34,078 bases of DNA from Sphaeroforma arctica JP610. Its lineage: Eukaryota. Below, one piece after another: positions 1 through 10,405 of the stretch. The notes under the pieces are model-generated. The model searched no databases. It was given only the letters and a program-made list of their open reading frames with translations, and had not been told where the DNA came from. The position numbers were made by a program, and so were the translations under genes. How positions within the stretch are numbered: position 1 is the stretch's first letter; the number at the start of each line of letters is the position of its first letter. Location: positions 113,287-147,364 of the forward strand of contig NW_014040545.1 in assembly GCF_001186125.1 (NCBI RefSeq). Direction: 5' to 3'.

Positions 1-1926
1 GGAAAACCGTGTTCCCCAAACACCTCCGTAAGTTTCGATGTCACCACTTCTGCTGACTTCGTGGCCGTTGCTCTTAATATCGAGTACCCCGTTGCTATAT
101 CCAAGACGTGCATTATATATCGATTTCCTGCTGCTGAAACTAGTGGCATTGGAATCATGTCGACTTGAATATGATTCCATGGATACTTTGCCATTATATT
201 GATCATCGGGTGAAATCCCTTTCGTATCACCCTCTTTCCTAGACATGTGCGACAGTTTCTCCTAACTGTTTGTGCAAGTTCCAGAGCGTTAGGCCACAAA
301 TGTCCGTTCTGCTTTAGTTGAGCAACTGTATCCTCTGCACTATGATGCCCAATCCTATGCTGACACAAGGTGAGCTGTGTGCGACGGCTTATCTCTTCCT
401 CATATGGTGAATCCGTCATGGCAACTTCCGAGGTAGCGATCGATACTAGCCGAGACGTATCTAATGGGGTGATTTTCGATACTGAGGACGGTTCGGCATA
501 TCCCAATCGTGCTGAAAACGTCGCTGGAAGGCTGTAACCATTGCGTGGGCCTACTCTGGCAATGACTGTGTGACCCCATGGTGTCTTGCCACTCGCATAC
601 TTTCCGTATTTGAGGAAGGAGTGGGATGTCCTTGGAACTAATACTGGGTCCCTTTGTAGAAGCGACTTGAATAACTGGAACCAAGGCTCGTGGGGCGCCC
701 ACGGTAGACACACCGTAGCTGTGGCCCTCTCTGATCGTATCTTGCGCAACATTCTATGGATTAATCTCCATGGTGGGTTCATCCATCCGTCTATATCTTT
801 CCAACAATGTGCAAACGCTCCGCCCCTGTCATCGTCGGTGTAGTAGCGTGGCAAATGGTGATCCTGTTGCGAAGCAAAGACATCGACATTATTCTCACCC
901 ATAATCCGTTGCGCTTGCTCAAAGTAAACTGGAAAAAGTTGCCAGCATTCTGAATATAGTACCTCCGGGTCCTCAGTCTCAACAGTTCCCTCATGAAGCC
1001 TAGACCACGCGTCTGGTAGCACGTTCTTTATACCCGGGATATGCGAGATAGTGAAATTGAAACGCGCTATGATGTGATGCCATCGTTGTAGCATCGGATT
1101 CAGCTTTAGCTGTGTGTTCATATACACCAAAGCTTTATGATCAGTCAACACTGAAAAGCGTTGACCTTCGAGATGATCCCGGAAGTGTGTGAGACCGTAT
1201 GCCAAGGCCAATAATTCCTTCATGGGTGTTGCGTAATTGTGCTGTGCGGCGTTGAGGGTCTTGCTGAAGAACATAAGGTATTGCTTCTTCCTATCTATGG
1301 TCTGGAACAATGCACCTCCAATACCGTAGTCGCTTGCATCCGTTTCGAGTTGTAAAGGTACTTCATCGACGGGAAATTTCAACACTACTGCCTCAACTAT
1401 GGCTTGCTTCATGGCATCCCAAGCTTGCTGGTGTCTCTGTTCCCACCTGTCTCCATAGACTTCCTTACGTCTCAGTCTTACGAATTCCCGGAGTGGGGCA
1501 ACTACCTCTGCAAAGTTTGGTAGGTGCTCGTGAAGAAAGTTGGCTAATCCCAAGGCCGATGCAATGTCTTTGTACTTCTTCGGGGTTGGCCAGTCAATGA
1601 GCTTGGCCTGCTTTTCATGGCAAATACCAATTCCGGCCTTCGATACTCGCTTCCCTAGGATCACGACTTCCTTGATTGCAAAATGACATTTTGAAGGGTT
1701 TAGTTTGAAACTGTGGTATGTCAGCCGCCGAATGACCTCTTTCACTACTCGCACGTGTTCCTCGTAGTCATCTGTTGCTATTATGATGTCGTCCAGGTAG
1801 TGGTATGCCGGAAATCCTCACAATATCACACTCAGTGTACACTGAAACTGCTGCGTCAGTGTGTGTAGTCCAAATGGCGCTGATGTAAAAGAATACTGGC
1901 TCTTGCCACGCGTGAAACTGAATAGA
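1..1926 (-). pseudogene. pol: pol of element A: RT, RNase H, Dam-like MTase, integrase N-terminal half
   Basis: Manual translation; not in the ORF track, presumably because the frame runs off the window edge without a stop. Motifs: SAPFGL, YLDD (1788-1799), LETDASDYGIGG, KELLAL, VLTDHKAL, IPGIKNVLPD, NPPW (768-779), HRIGHH...CRTC (H2C2), IQVDMIP (first integrase Asp). One in-frame TGA at 1818-1820; the frame is then open from 1817 to the window edge (~605 codons). Confidence 0.92.
546..947 (-). other. Dam-like N6-adenine DNA methyltransferase domain in pol of element A
   Basis: CWQLFPVYFEQAQRIMGENNVDVFASQQDHHLPRYYTDDDRGGAFAHCWKDIDGWMNPPWRLIHRMLRKIRSERATATVCLPWAPHEPWF...TVIARVGP. DVFAS at 870-884 and NPPW at 768-779 follow the DIRS MT / phage Dam pattern (W-x-L...DLFAS...DAF..W...NPP(F/W).LI..VL.K....A...LV.P.W...PWF). 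Confidence 0.85.
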
Positions 1927-2001
1927 NNNNNNNNNNNNNNNNNNNNNNNNNNNNNNNNNNNNNNNNNNNNNNNNNNNNNNNNNNNNNNNNNNNNNNNNNN
2001 N

Positions 2002-2750
2002 TCTGCACGCGTAACACGTGGTGGTCGTAGACGTGCTTGTACGTTGTGTGCTGCCTCCTCCTGTATTCGTATTCAAAATACGATATCGTTGTTGGGCCGG
2101 AAGCTGTCTACGCCGATCCCCCACATTCATCTGTGTCCGTACCCGTTGTCTGAGGATGGCATCGGTTTCTTGTATGTCTGGATTTAAAATGCGGAGAAGG
2201 CCTTCAGTCTCCAGCTGGTCCCAACCTATGTGGTGTTGTAGCGTGCGTTCATATGTCATATTACCTGTCAGGTCCTCGAGGGCCTGTATGAGGCAGTGAT
2301 TAAGCAACCGCTTGGGAAAGTCCTTGCCCTTATCTGCTCGCTCCCAAGCTCTCTTGTGAACTTCCACAATCTTGTTCAAATGTTCCCTGGCTGACTCTAC
2401 ACCTTTGGTGCGGGGATTACCCTTCGCCAACTTCTTAAAGGCAGGGTCTACGGTGGCCTTGCTCTCATGTTCACAGATTTGGACTATGACCTGTTCCGCC
2501 GGATATACTCTTAACTGATTATGGTTGTCACGGGATAGTCAATTGTGGCCTTTGCTGCCTTAAAATGTATGAGTACCTTATAGAACCAACGTACCATCCA
2601 CGACTCATCTAGTCCTGAGATATGGGCGTTCTTCAGTGCCTCTTCTAGCGTCCCTCGTGTGTCTCTATCGGCTGTGCTGCTTAATGAGGTGCCACGCGGT
2701 ACAGACGGTACGGTAGTGCAGGTAGTAGAAGAAGTAGGCGATTATGAACT
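2002..2750 (-). pseudogene. gag: gag of element A (frameshifted; zinc knuckle cut by the gap)
   Basis: ORF 1768..2430 reaches STTTTCYACR immediately before the N gap (CX2C start of a CCHC knuckle) and lies upstream of RT on the same strand. The upstream boundary is approximate. Confidence 0.65.
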
Positions 2751-2974
2751 AAATTTAGATTTAGATGAAATACACAATATTTCACCGGAGTCTATACGAG
2801 AACATAAAAGATCACCCGTAACTAGGCAGAACAGATCAGATCGATAACGGATTCGTTAAAGTACGTTCCAAAAATCCATATTATTCAGATAGTCCTAGGA
2901 GATCCGAAAGATATAGACGGCGATCCACTGAAAGTTTCGAGGGTCCACACACTCTATTGAGAATACAGCACCAT

Positions 2975-3526
2975 GAGAGAGCAAAGAAAAAAAATCCGCA
3001 AGGATATATCACGACTTTCAATACAAAGAAAGATTTTGTAAATATAGCAGCATTTGGTGCAGTAACGGGGGTAGCAGGAACGAAATAGAGATTCAGAGAA
3101 GTAGTAGACTATTTATTATCAGAAGACAACGTCGCCGAGGGGAAATTTGAGGTCGAGACAATGGCCGACCTAGTAATGTGGTACAAAAAATTGTATGTTT
3201 GACAACCACGATATTGCGTTTTATTGGATAGATATAACCGAGCGATTATTACTTGCACCATCATGGGCCATAGAGAAAAAGATAAGGGTAGTAACCTTGT
3301 TAGGCATCCAACGCCGGCCATCTGGAGTGTTGTTACAACAAAAGAGAGGGATTCAGCCAAGTATGTTTTCTCATACAGTGCCCCTGTGAACCAGACAAAT
3401 TTAGCAACAGGTCGTACTAAATTTTTCACTCAACACGTGTGCTTGCACGAAAGACATCTGTCAATTGCCGATACCGATGAGTTGGACACAGCAACTCACT
3501 GGCAGTACAACCAGTTGTACTCGTAA
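2975..3526 (+). pseudogene. Degenerate reading frame of unknown product (~180 codons, two internal stops)
   Basis: One frame reads ERAKKKNPQGYITTFNTKKDFVNIAAFGAVTGVAGTK*RFREVVDYLLSEDNVAEGKFEVETMADLVMWYKKLYV*QPRYCVLLDRYNR...QLYS* and includes ORF 3224..3526. No family recognised. Confidence 0.3.
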
Positions 3527-3605
3527 ACTACTATTAAACTACTACCCCTACTACTACTACTCCTACTACTACTACTCCTACTACTACTACTACTACTCCT
3601 ACTAA
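3527..3605. repeat. (CTA)n / (CTC) microsatellite
   Basis: Direct inspection. Confidence 0.9.
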
Positions 3606-4163
3606 TCTCGAAACAAAAAAGTATCAAATGAATAAAGCTACTACTACCCACACTACTTATCGGAATTATCAAATGAACAAACCTACTGCCCACACTACTT
3701 ATCAAAATAATCAAAAAAAAATATAATTATTCCTACATCAAAATGAAAAACTATAAAAATCTTCACGTAGGATTCGAACTAATGACTTTACACCACACAA
3801 TAGTAGTGGTAATATAAATTTTTTAAGGATATATAGTATTCTATATAGTAATATAACTACTGACCTGGTAACATAAAATACATTACATGCTTATCACTAC
3901 ACCACACATTAGTAGTAGCAGAAGCAGTTTTTAGGGTAAATATAACCCTATACAAAAATACTACCCATATTAATATTTACTACTAAATACTACCCATTTT
4001 GAATGAAATATACTACTACTATGTATTTTTATTTATTGCTCTCTCTTTAAGAAGCTTTGATATGTATATAGTATGTTATCAGAAATCACTGCGGTCACGA
4101 CTACTGTATCGTTCATTCGATTCACTGCGTTTGCGATCACTTAGTTCATCACATAGATTGATT

Positions 4164-4265
4164 TCATCGTCAACCGGATGTGCTGCTTCATCGTCAACCG
4201 GATGTGCTGCTTCATCTTCAACCGGATATGCTGCTTCATCTTCAAACGTATGTGCTGCTTCATCT
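4164..4265. repeat. 24-bp tandem repeat, ~4 copies (tcatcgtcaaccggatgtgctgct)
   Basis: Direct inspection; reads (D/E)DEAAHPV in minus-strand ORF 4079..4501. Confidence 0.9.
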
Positions 4266-4641
4266 TTAACCTTGCTAATCAGGGTAAACTCGCCAGTATC
4301 ATGATTATAAAAGCCATGTTTCCAATTTTCAGGCACACGAACTAGGATTGGTTCAGTAGTATCAGCACTGCTAGTACCAAGATTCCCACTGTTCGCAGCA
4401 CTACTAGCACAACGATTACCACCACCGGCCTGACGCTTTCCTTTCCGAGTATTCGGCGTAGTATGCGTAGTAGATGTAGTAGGCGCACTTGGTATGACCA
4501 CCTGTCTGTGAGACTGCGCACTAATGCCAGTAGCAGCAGTAGTAGCACTGTGCGAAGTAGTATGTGTGTAGTACGTGTATTCCGAGTTCTATCGCTTGTC
4601 CGAAGCATAACAGGTGGAGGCAATGGTGGTCCCGTTAAACT

Positions 4642-5510
4642 TGCCTGTGTACGAGACTACGCACTACCAGTAGAAGTAGCACTGTGCGGAGTAGTAGGAG
4701 CACTACGAGTCTTACGACGTACCAATATCTCAGGGCTGTTATTATCTGGTGTCAAGACTGCCTGTGTACGAGACTACGCACTACCAGTAGAAGTAGCACT
4801 GTGCGGAGTAGTAGGAGCACTACGAGTCTTACGACGTACCAATATCTCAGGGCTGTTATTATCTGGTGTCAAGACTGCCTGTGTACGAGACTGCGCAATA
4901 CTAGCAGTAGTAGCAGTGTGCGGAGTAGTACGAGCACTACGAGTCCTTACGACGTGTCGATATATCAGGGCTGTTATTATCTGGTGTCAAGACTGCCTGT
5001 GTACGAGACTGCGCACTACCAGCAGTAGTAGCACTGTGCGGAGTAGTACGAGAACTACGAGTCCTACGACGTGTCGATATCGCAGGGCTGTTATTATCTG
5101 GTGTCAAGACTGCCTGTGTACGAGACTGCGCACTACCAGCAGTAGTAACACTGTGCGGAGTAGTACGAGAACTACGAGTCATACGACGTGTCGATATCTC
5201 AGGGCTGTTATTATCTGGTGTCAAGACTGCCTGTGTACGAGACTGCGCACTACCAACAGTAGTAGCACTGTGCGGAGTAGTACGAGCACTACGAGTCCTA
5301 CGACGTGTCGATATCTCAGGGCTGTTATTATCTGGTGTCAAGACTGCTTGTATACGAGACTGTGCAATACCAGCAGTAGTAGCACTGTGCGGAGTAGTAC
5401 GAGCACTACGAGTCCTTACGATTATCACTGTGCGGAGTAGTAGGAGCACTACGAGTCCTACGACGTGTCGATATCTCAGGGCTGCTATTATCTGGTGTCA
5501 AGACTGCCTT
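4642..5510. repeat. 117-bp tandem array, ~7 copies
   Basis: Unit starts (tgcc/tgct) at 4642, 4759, 4876, 4994, 5111, 5228, 5345 and 5505. The last unit has an internal partial duplication. The minus strand reads the 39-aa repeat RRRTRSARTTPHSATTAGSAQSRTQAVLTPDNNSPEIST. Confidence 0.95.
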
Positions 5511-5788
5511 TGTAGGTTGACTATGTCTCGGAGGGTGCTGGGCAGCAGAAGTGGTAGCACGGTAGTAGTAGTTCCGCGCGTAGTACTACGACTACCACCA
5601 GTAGGTTGACTATGTCTCGGAGGGTGCTGGGCAGCAGAAGTGGTAGTAGGGGCATCGGGTAATGATGTTGGCGATTGTGGGGGTGAGCCGGATATTGGTG
5701 TCCCTTGGTTTAATATATGAAGCCCCACTGTACCTCCGGTAGCAACCGCGAAGCTCTCAACCGTGTTATAGTGTATGGTGTTAGTTGG

Positions 5789-6130
5789 CTACAACAAACC
5801 ATCGTTCGCATCCTGGTATGATTGCTCCTCGCACCGGGACAAATAAAACCGTGGCGTTGCGGTTCGACCATTGTTCGTTCTTAAACGACCGAATTTGTAC
5901 GGTCGTTCACGACTACCGTCTCCTCCCGCAGATATATGGAAGTCCTCTTTGCGGAAATGGATACAGCATACATGGGGATTTTTGACGCTCCTGAGATATG
6001 GCCCTATTCCATGAGTCTCTATGTGGCGCAATTTAAACTGCACCAGTCTGTTTCTGAAGAACTCGCCATGCTTCATGTACACAGCGTCGGCTACAACAAA
6101 GCATTTACACACACTACGGGTGTCCGGCAT
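5789..6130 (-). CDS. THAP-like zinc-finger ORF (probably transposon-derived, possibly truncated)
   Basis: MP start, N-terminal CKC, then VCCIHFRKEDF and a downstream RL...ATPRF. This resembles the THAP C-terminal signature vCsxHFxxxdf...L...AVPTIF. The conserved Trp/Pro of the N-terminal half is not evident. Confidence 0.5.
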   Translation of the reverse strand: MPDTRSVCKCFVVADAVYMKHGEFFRNRLVQFKLRHIETHGIGPYLRSVKNPHVCCIHFRKEDFHISAGGDGSRERPYKFGRLRTNNGRTATPRFYLSRCEEQSYQDANDGLL

Positions 6131-6287
6131 ATTGTATTTTTGGTTGTTTTTAGAAAAGCTACAGTAATTTTATAAACAAATGTCAGAGTGGTTGGAATTG
6201 TCAAACATGTCCTACGAATATATATACTGTAAATTATTATACAAAATAGTAGTAGTAGTACCAGGTGTAATAGAAGCGTTGGGTGTG

Positions 6288-6678
6288 GCGCTAGTTTGAC
6301 AACACAACATCGTTGGATGTGGTAGGAGTAGTAGTATAATACGTAACTGGCCTTCTACAGGTGGTAGGAGTAGCGCTAGTTTGACACCACAATATCGTTG
6401 GGTGTGGTAAGAGTAGTAGAATAATACATAGCTGGCCTTCTACAGAATCAAGAACTGAAAAGATATATAATTGCAGATGTCGAGTTGTTTGGAGTAGCAC
6501 GAAATTGAATTGACACCACAATATCATTATTTGTCGTAGGAGTAGTAGTACAATATTTACATAGCTGGCCTTCTACAGAATCAAGTTAAAATTGCAAATG
6601 TAGAATTGCTTGGAGTAGCGCGAAATTGAATTGACACCACAATATCATTATGTGCCGTAGGATTAGTTAGCTGGCCTG
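6288..6678. repeat. Degenerate direct-repeat cluster, ~4 units sharing ttgacaccacaatatc...gtaggagtagtagt...ctggccttctacag
   Basis: Direct inspection; units near 6288, 6372, 6500 and 6620. Confidence 0.8.
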
Positions 6679-6789
6679 AGGATCATTTTGAGACTCGTGT
6701 GTATTAGTTTATATTTATATTACACATTTATATTTATTTAGTGCTGTAACCCTAAAAAACCCCCCCTGAAGATTTGAGCCTCCGATAAG

Positions 6790-6913
6790 AAAGTTTGCTA
6801 CCATTCAGAAAAAGTTTGCTACCTTACGTAAAAAGGTTGCTACCTCAAGTAAAAAGTTTGCTACCTCAAGTAAAAAGTTTGCTACCTCAAGTAAAAAGGT
6901 TGCTACCCCGAGT
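6790..6913. repeat. 21-bp tandem repeat, ~6 copies (aaaaagtttgctacctcaagt)
   Basis: Direct inspection; conserved 15-bp core with a variable 6-nt tail. Confidence 0.9.
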
Positions 6914-7122
6914 TTACAACACCATAATGTTTTAGATTAAAAAATCGACTACCTCAAAGTTGGTAGAAATATAAGTGCAAGTAGGAAATCTAAATAAACG
7001 ACAAGTTCTTTATTACTTTAAATTTTTTTGAGCAAATATAAACAATTGCCAACCGACAGTCCTCTCTCGTGTTATATTTATTGAAATAGTAGTAAATAGT
7101 AATAGTAGTAAAAAGTAGTAAA

Positions 7123-7274
7123 TACATTGCAGGGTAGTAGAAGTGGTACATTGCAGGATAGTAGAAGTAGTACATTGCAGGGTAGTAGAAGTAGTACATT
7201 GCAGGGTAGTAGAAGTAGTACATTGCAGGGTAGTAGAAGTAGTACATTGCAGAGTAGTAGAAGTAGTACATTGC
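7123..7274. repeat. 24-bp tandem repeat, ~6 copies (tacattgcagggtagtagaagtag)
   Basis: Direct inspection; it generates the repetitive ORFs at 6990-7348. Confidence 0.9.
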
Positions 7275-7296
7275 GCACTATGCACAGAAGGCGTGG

Positions 7297-7870
7297 TCAT
7301 CTATCGACCATTCGAAGCATAGTATCGCGCGTATCTTGCTTGTCATAGTAGCGTAATGTTTTCATGATAGTTGGGGTTGAAGAACGATGAAGTTCGTCAT
7401 AGCAATCGTTGTAAGCATCGTTGGTCCACTTGTCGAGTAGATCGGCTCGAAGGTCCTTCAGAGTCGGTGAGTTTGGCAAGTTTAAGTTATGCCGCTTAAG
7501 ATTTTGTAGTACTTGCGTGTCAGACATAATGTTCACCATGTACTGTAACCCAATCCCCAATTCCGCTGCTATATGATTGATTTGCTGATTCATTGGTCTC
7601 GGCTTCAATGAGTGAACTTTCAATGTGACAATTTCTAGTGTCAAAGGGATTCTCTTCGCCATCCCAATCATAACAAGTGTCACATTCTACAGATGTATAG
7701 TTATGCTGACCATCTCCAACCTGATATTCATACTCTTCTACTTCTTCTACTTCGGCAGCATCATCAACATTGGGCATTGGATTGCCAACATATGGTCTAT
7801 AGGCTTCTACCCTCACAACATCTCCTACTTCTGCATCGGTAAGTCTATCTTGCTGACTCTGCCAGTACAT
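7297..7870 (-). pseudogene. Frameshifted reading frame of unknown product (acidic stretch, CxxC, possible SAP/HeH-like helix pair)
   Basis: Overlapping ORFs 7520..7870 and 7297..7683 look like one protein split by a frameshift. MSDTQVLQNLKRHNLNLPNSPTLKDLRADLLDKW loosely resembles a SAP/LEM motif. Confidence 0.3.
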
Positions 7871-8281
7871 GGTTTTCTCTACAAATTTTTGTTTGTTGAT
7901 AGTATGATGTAACTTATTTTACGTTTGTCCACCATTAGATTGAGATAGTTCTTATTTCTTCTTCGTAATTCAGACTTGGTGTATTCCTTCTTGCCTTCTA
8001 GGAGAATCAAATAGCAAGATTGTATACGAATGTGTACATGAACGAATATATAGATATATATATATACTACAACGGCTACTACTGCTACTACATCTGCTGG
8101 TACTACTACTACATCTGAACTATTACTACTATTGATACTATNNNNNNNNNNNNNNNNNNNNNNNNNNNNNNNNNNNNNNNNNNNNNNNNNNNNNNNNNNN
8201 NNNNNNNNNNNNNNNNNNNNNNNNNNNNNNNNNNNNNNNNNNNNNNNNNNNNNNNNNNNNNNNNNNNNNNNNNNNNNNNNN

Positions 8282-8327
8282 TATGTAAGTATTTATGTAT
8301 GTATGTATGTGTGTGTGTGTGTATGTA

Positions 8328-8366
<39 letters not shown>

Positions 8367-8480
8367 GTATGTATGTATGTGTGTATGTATGTATTTATGG
8401 GTGTATGGGTGTATGTGTGTATGTGTGTATGTATGTGTGTATGTGTGTCTGTGTGTATGTATGTATGTATGTATGTATGT
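8282..8480. repeat. (TG)n/(TATG)n microsatellite next to an N gap
   Basis: Direct inspection. Confidence 0.95.
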
Positions 8481-8529
8481 TTGTTTTACGTTTTAAATCT
8501 CCTATCGTCAACTTATTTTACTGATTCTG

Positions 8530-10405
8530 CAATTTGGGCTTACCTCCAAAGAATCCCTTGATTTTAGGACTGGTGACAATCATACGTTGATACCAATCGT
8601 ATGTGATTACGTTTTGTCTTAAAAATCTGCAGTGCTGCTTCAGAACTAACACACATGCTAGAGTCGTCTACTCCCTGTACATAAAGTTGTACCAAAACCT
8701 TTCGTACCCCGGCTGCAAAAGTTGCTTTCGGGGTTTGAAGGGGTTTCCTGGCCCATCGAGGTTGGACTATATTCAGCATCGTTTCGGGTTGTAATGGCTT
8801 CGTTTCTGATGAGATCTCATGCAGTGTCGCCACCCCTTGTTGAAACCTATCCAGTGCGGAACTAATAGCATTAGCCTTTTCACCCACAATCTCTTTGTCT
8901 TTTACTAACGCTCCCTTACTTGATACAATCGGCTTCCATACTGCAGGTACTGGACTTTGATGGTGGTGGAATGTCACTTTTCCTATATCTATGCGCGGTT
9001 GAAGACCTTCTGGCAAAGCCAATTCTTCAATCAATTCTGCCGGCGACTGGTGTTGAACGAGGTAGGAAATATATGATATGAGCGTTACTTGTACAATTAC
9101 TTATACTTATACTTCTAAAACTACTTGCACTTTTACTTCTACTACTACTCGCACTTTTGCTTCTACTACTACTTGCACTTTTGCTTCTACTACTACTTGC
9201 ACTTTTGCTTCTACTACTACTTGCACTTTTGCTTCTACTACTACTTGCACTTTTGCTTCTACTACTACTTGCACTTTTGCTTCTACTACTACTTGCACTT
9301 TTGCTTCTACTACTACTTGCACTTTTGCTTCTACTACTACTTGCACTTTTGCTTCTACTACTACTTGCACTTTACATACCATGCTTTGTTCCGATAGTTG
9401 TACGTGTCGGAATCCATCCCCTTCAATGTCACGAACGCGTGTCTTTCGCATAGTACTCTCCATCTGAGATTTGTAGCTGTGATGTTCCGACAACGTGGTT
9501 CCAAAGTGTACAACCGGTTGTTCCACAAGTTCCCCCGGTATTCATTTTTCCCTATACAGTACAGTTTCTTGTTCTATCTCATGTTCCGACTTATAAACTT
9601 CAGACATACATTCCTTAGCTTTACCGTTACAAAACCTTAAGGCCGAGGTAGTATCGTCGGTGCTCGGATCTTCGTGACCGCAGATCGCATGAATAGGACG
9701 AGCACAGCCTTTGGGAACTATTAATGAATCACCAGGCTTTTCACATTTTGTACCTGCTGCACACGTCCTCTCATCGCCAGTGCTAGTAGTATCTCAAGTG
9801 GCAGTATCTCCAGTGGTAGTATCTCCAGTAGTTTGGACAACATATTTCACGATGGAATTGTCTCGCGGGCTAATAGCCACAGAGCTACCAGTTGTTCCTT
9901 CTTGGTCACATAGTGCCCTGTAGATATCTGCAGGCGTACATATACTACCACCTTTGTTTGATTTTACATCGTGGCCTTCTACAAATCTTTGTAGCACGAT
10001 ATTCACATACGCGAAATGTGTGTCAAGCGCTGTTTCCCCCGCTTGTGCCTCTGTGAAAATCCATCGCGTTATCTTGAGCTTACCATCAGGTTATTGCATT
10101 TGAGGTGTAGTGGTGTAGTGTAAGGAGTTGGAAAATGCGGACGCATTGTCTGACTGCGTCACTATACTGGTAATATTGAGTATCGTCTTCCGCACGTGGT
10201 AAAGTAGTGCTTCAATAGCGAGCACGACAGACAGTGCGTCGTGTCCTCCGTTGTCGTCTGGTATATAATAAAAAAACGATGTCTGTAAGTGCTTGGTCGG
10301 TTCTTCGTCCCCAGATTGTACCTTGTATTCACCCCGCACGAGCATAAACCTTAGAAGAGACATCCTTGATTTGCCAAAGTACTCACTGTAAACTTTTCGT
10401 GGCTC
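8530..10405 (-). pseudogene. Relic DDD cut-and-paste transposase, Sola-like (probably Sola3-type), 5'-truncated
   Basis: In order: SEYFGKSRMSLL; HDALSVVLAIEALLYHVRKTILNITSIVTQSDNASAF (SDNA at 10142-10153); in-frame stop; KITRWIFTEAQAGETALDTHFAYVNIVLQRFVEGHDV; C-terminal WARKP...KATFAAGVRKVLVQLYVQG. This matches my recollection of the FGKxG / SDNAGCY / FSEPQxGKxxCDR / YxNEGHDV / GWAL...F...G transposase family. The superfamily label is from memory. Confidence 0.65.
9128..9373. repeat. 24-bp tandem repeat, 10 copies (cacttttgcttctactactacttg) inside the transposase relic
   Basis: Direct inspection; copies are nearly identical. Confidence 0.95.

Larger units (their letters stand above)
1..2750 (-). 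mobile_element. Ty3/gypsy-type LTR retrotransposon, element A (internal region; runs off the left edge; no LTR identified)
   Basis: Minus strand reads gag with a zinc-knuckle start (TTCYACR), then an N gap, then RT - RNase H - MTase-like - integrase. RT-RH-INT order is gypsy-type. The right boundary is approximate. Confidence 0.9.

Noticed and set aside
546..947. MTase domains as nested DIRS insertions or bacterial/phage contamination
   Set aside because: The domain is in frame in A, sits at the same position in three elements, and no tyrosine recombinase or prokaryotic gene context is present.
2959..2975. Candidate tRNA PBS for element A (minus strand CA|TGGTGCTGTATTCTC)
   Set aside because: Position and TGG start are plausible, but I cannot match a tRNA or show an adjacent LTR within the window.
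3755..3810. tRNA/SINE suggested by a B-box GTTCGAATCC on the minus strand (3770-3779)
   Set aside because: No cloverleaf, acceptor stem or clear A-box can be built.
4463..5440. 325-aa plus-strand Cys-rich ORF
   Set aside because: By-product of the frame-preserving 117-bp repeat; no domain signal.
4642..5510. 117-bp array as a CRISPR array
   Set aside because: Whole units repeat with no unique spacers, there are no cas genes, and the context is eukaryotic.
6745..6760. taaccctaa telomere-like motif
   Set aside because: Single unit; expected by chance.
6790..6913. 21-bp array as a mini-CRISPR
   Set aside because: The variable part is only ~6 nt and mostly identical between copies.
8132..8561. 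VCVY-rich ORFs (similar ones at 25139-25381 and 29101-29693)
   Set aside because: Microsatellite translations.
9078..9526. Leu-rich, FYYY and VQVVVEAK ORFs (similar ones at 6990-7348)
   Set aside because: Translations of 24-bp tandem repeats that are open in several frames.
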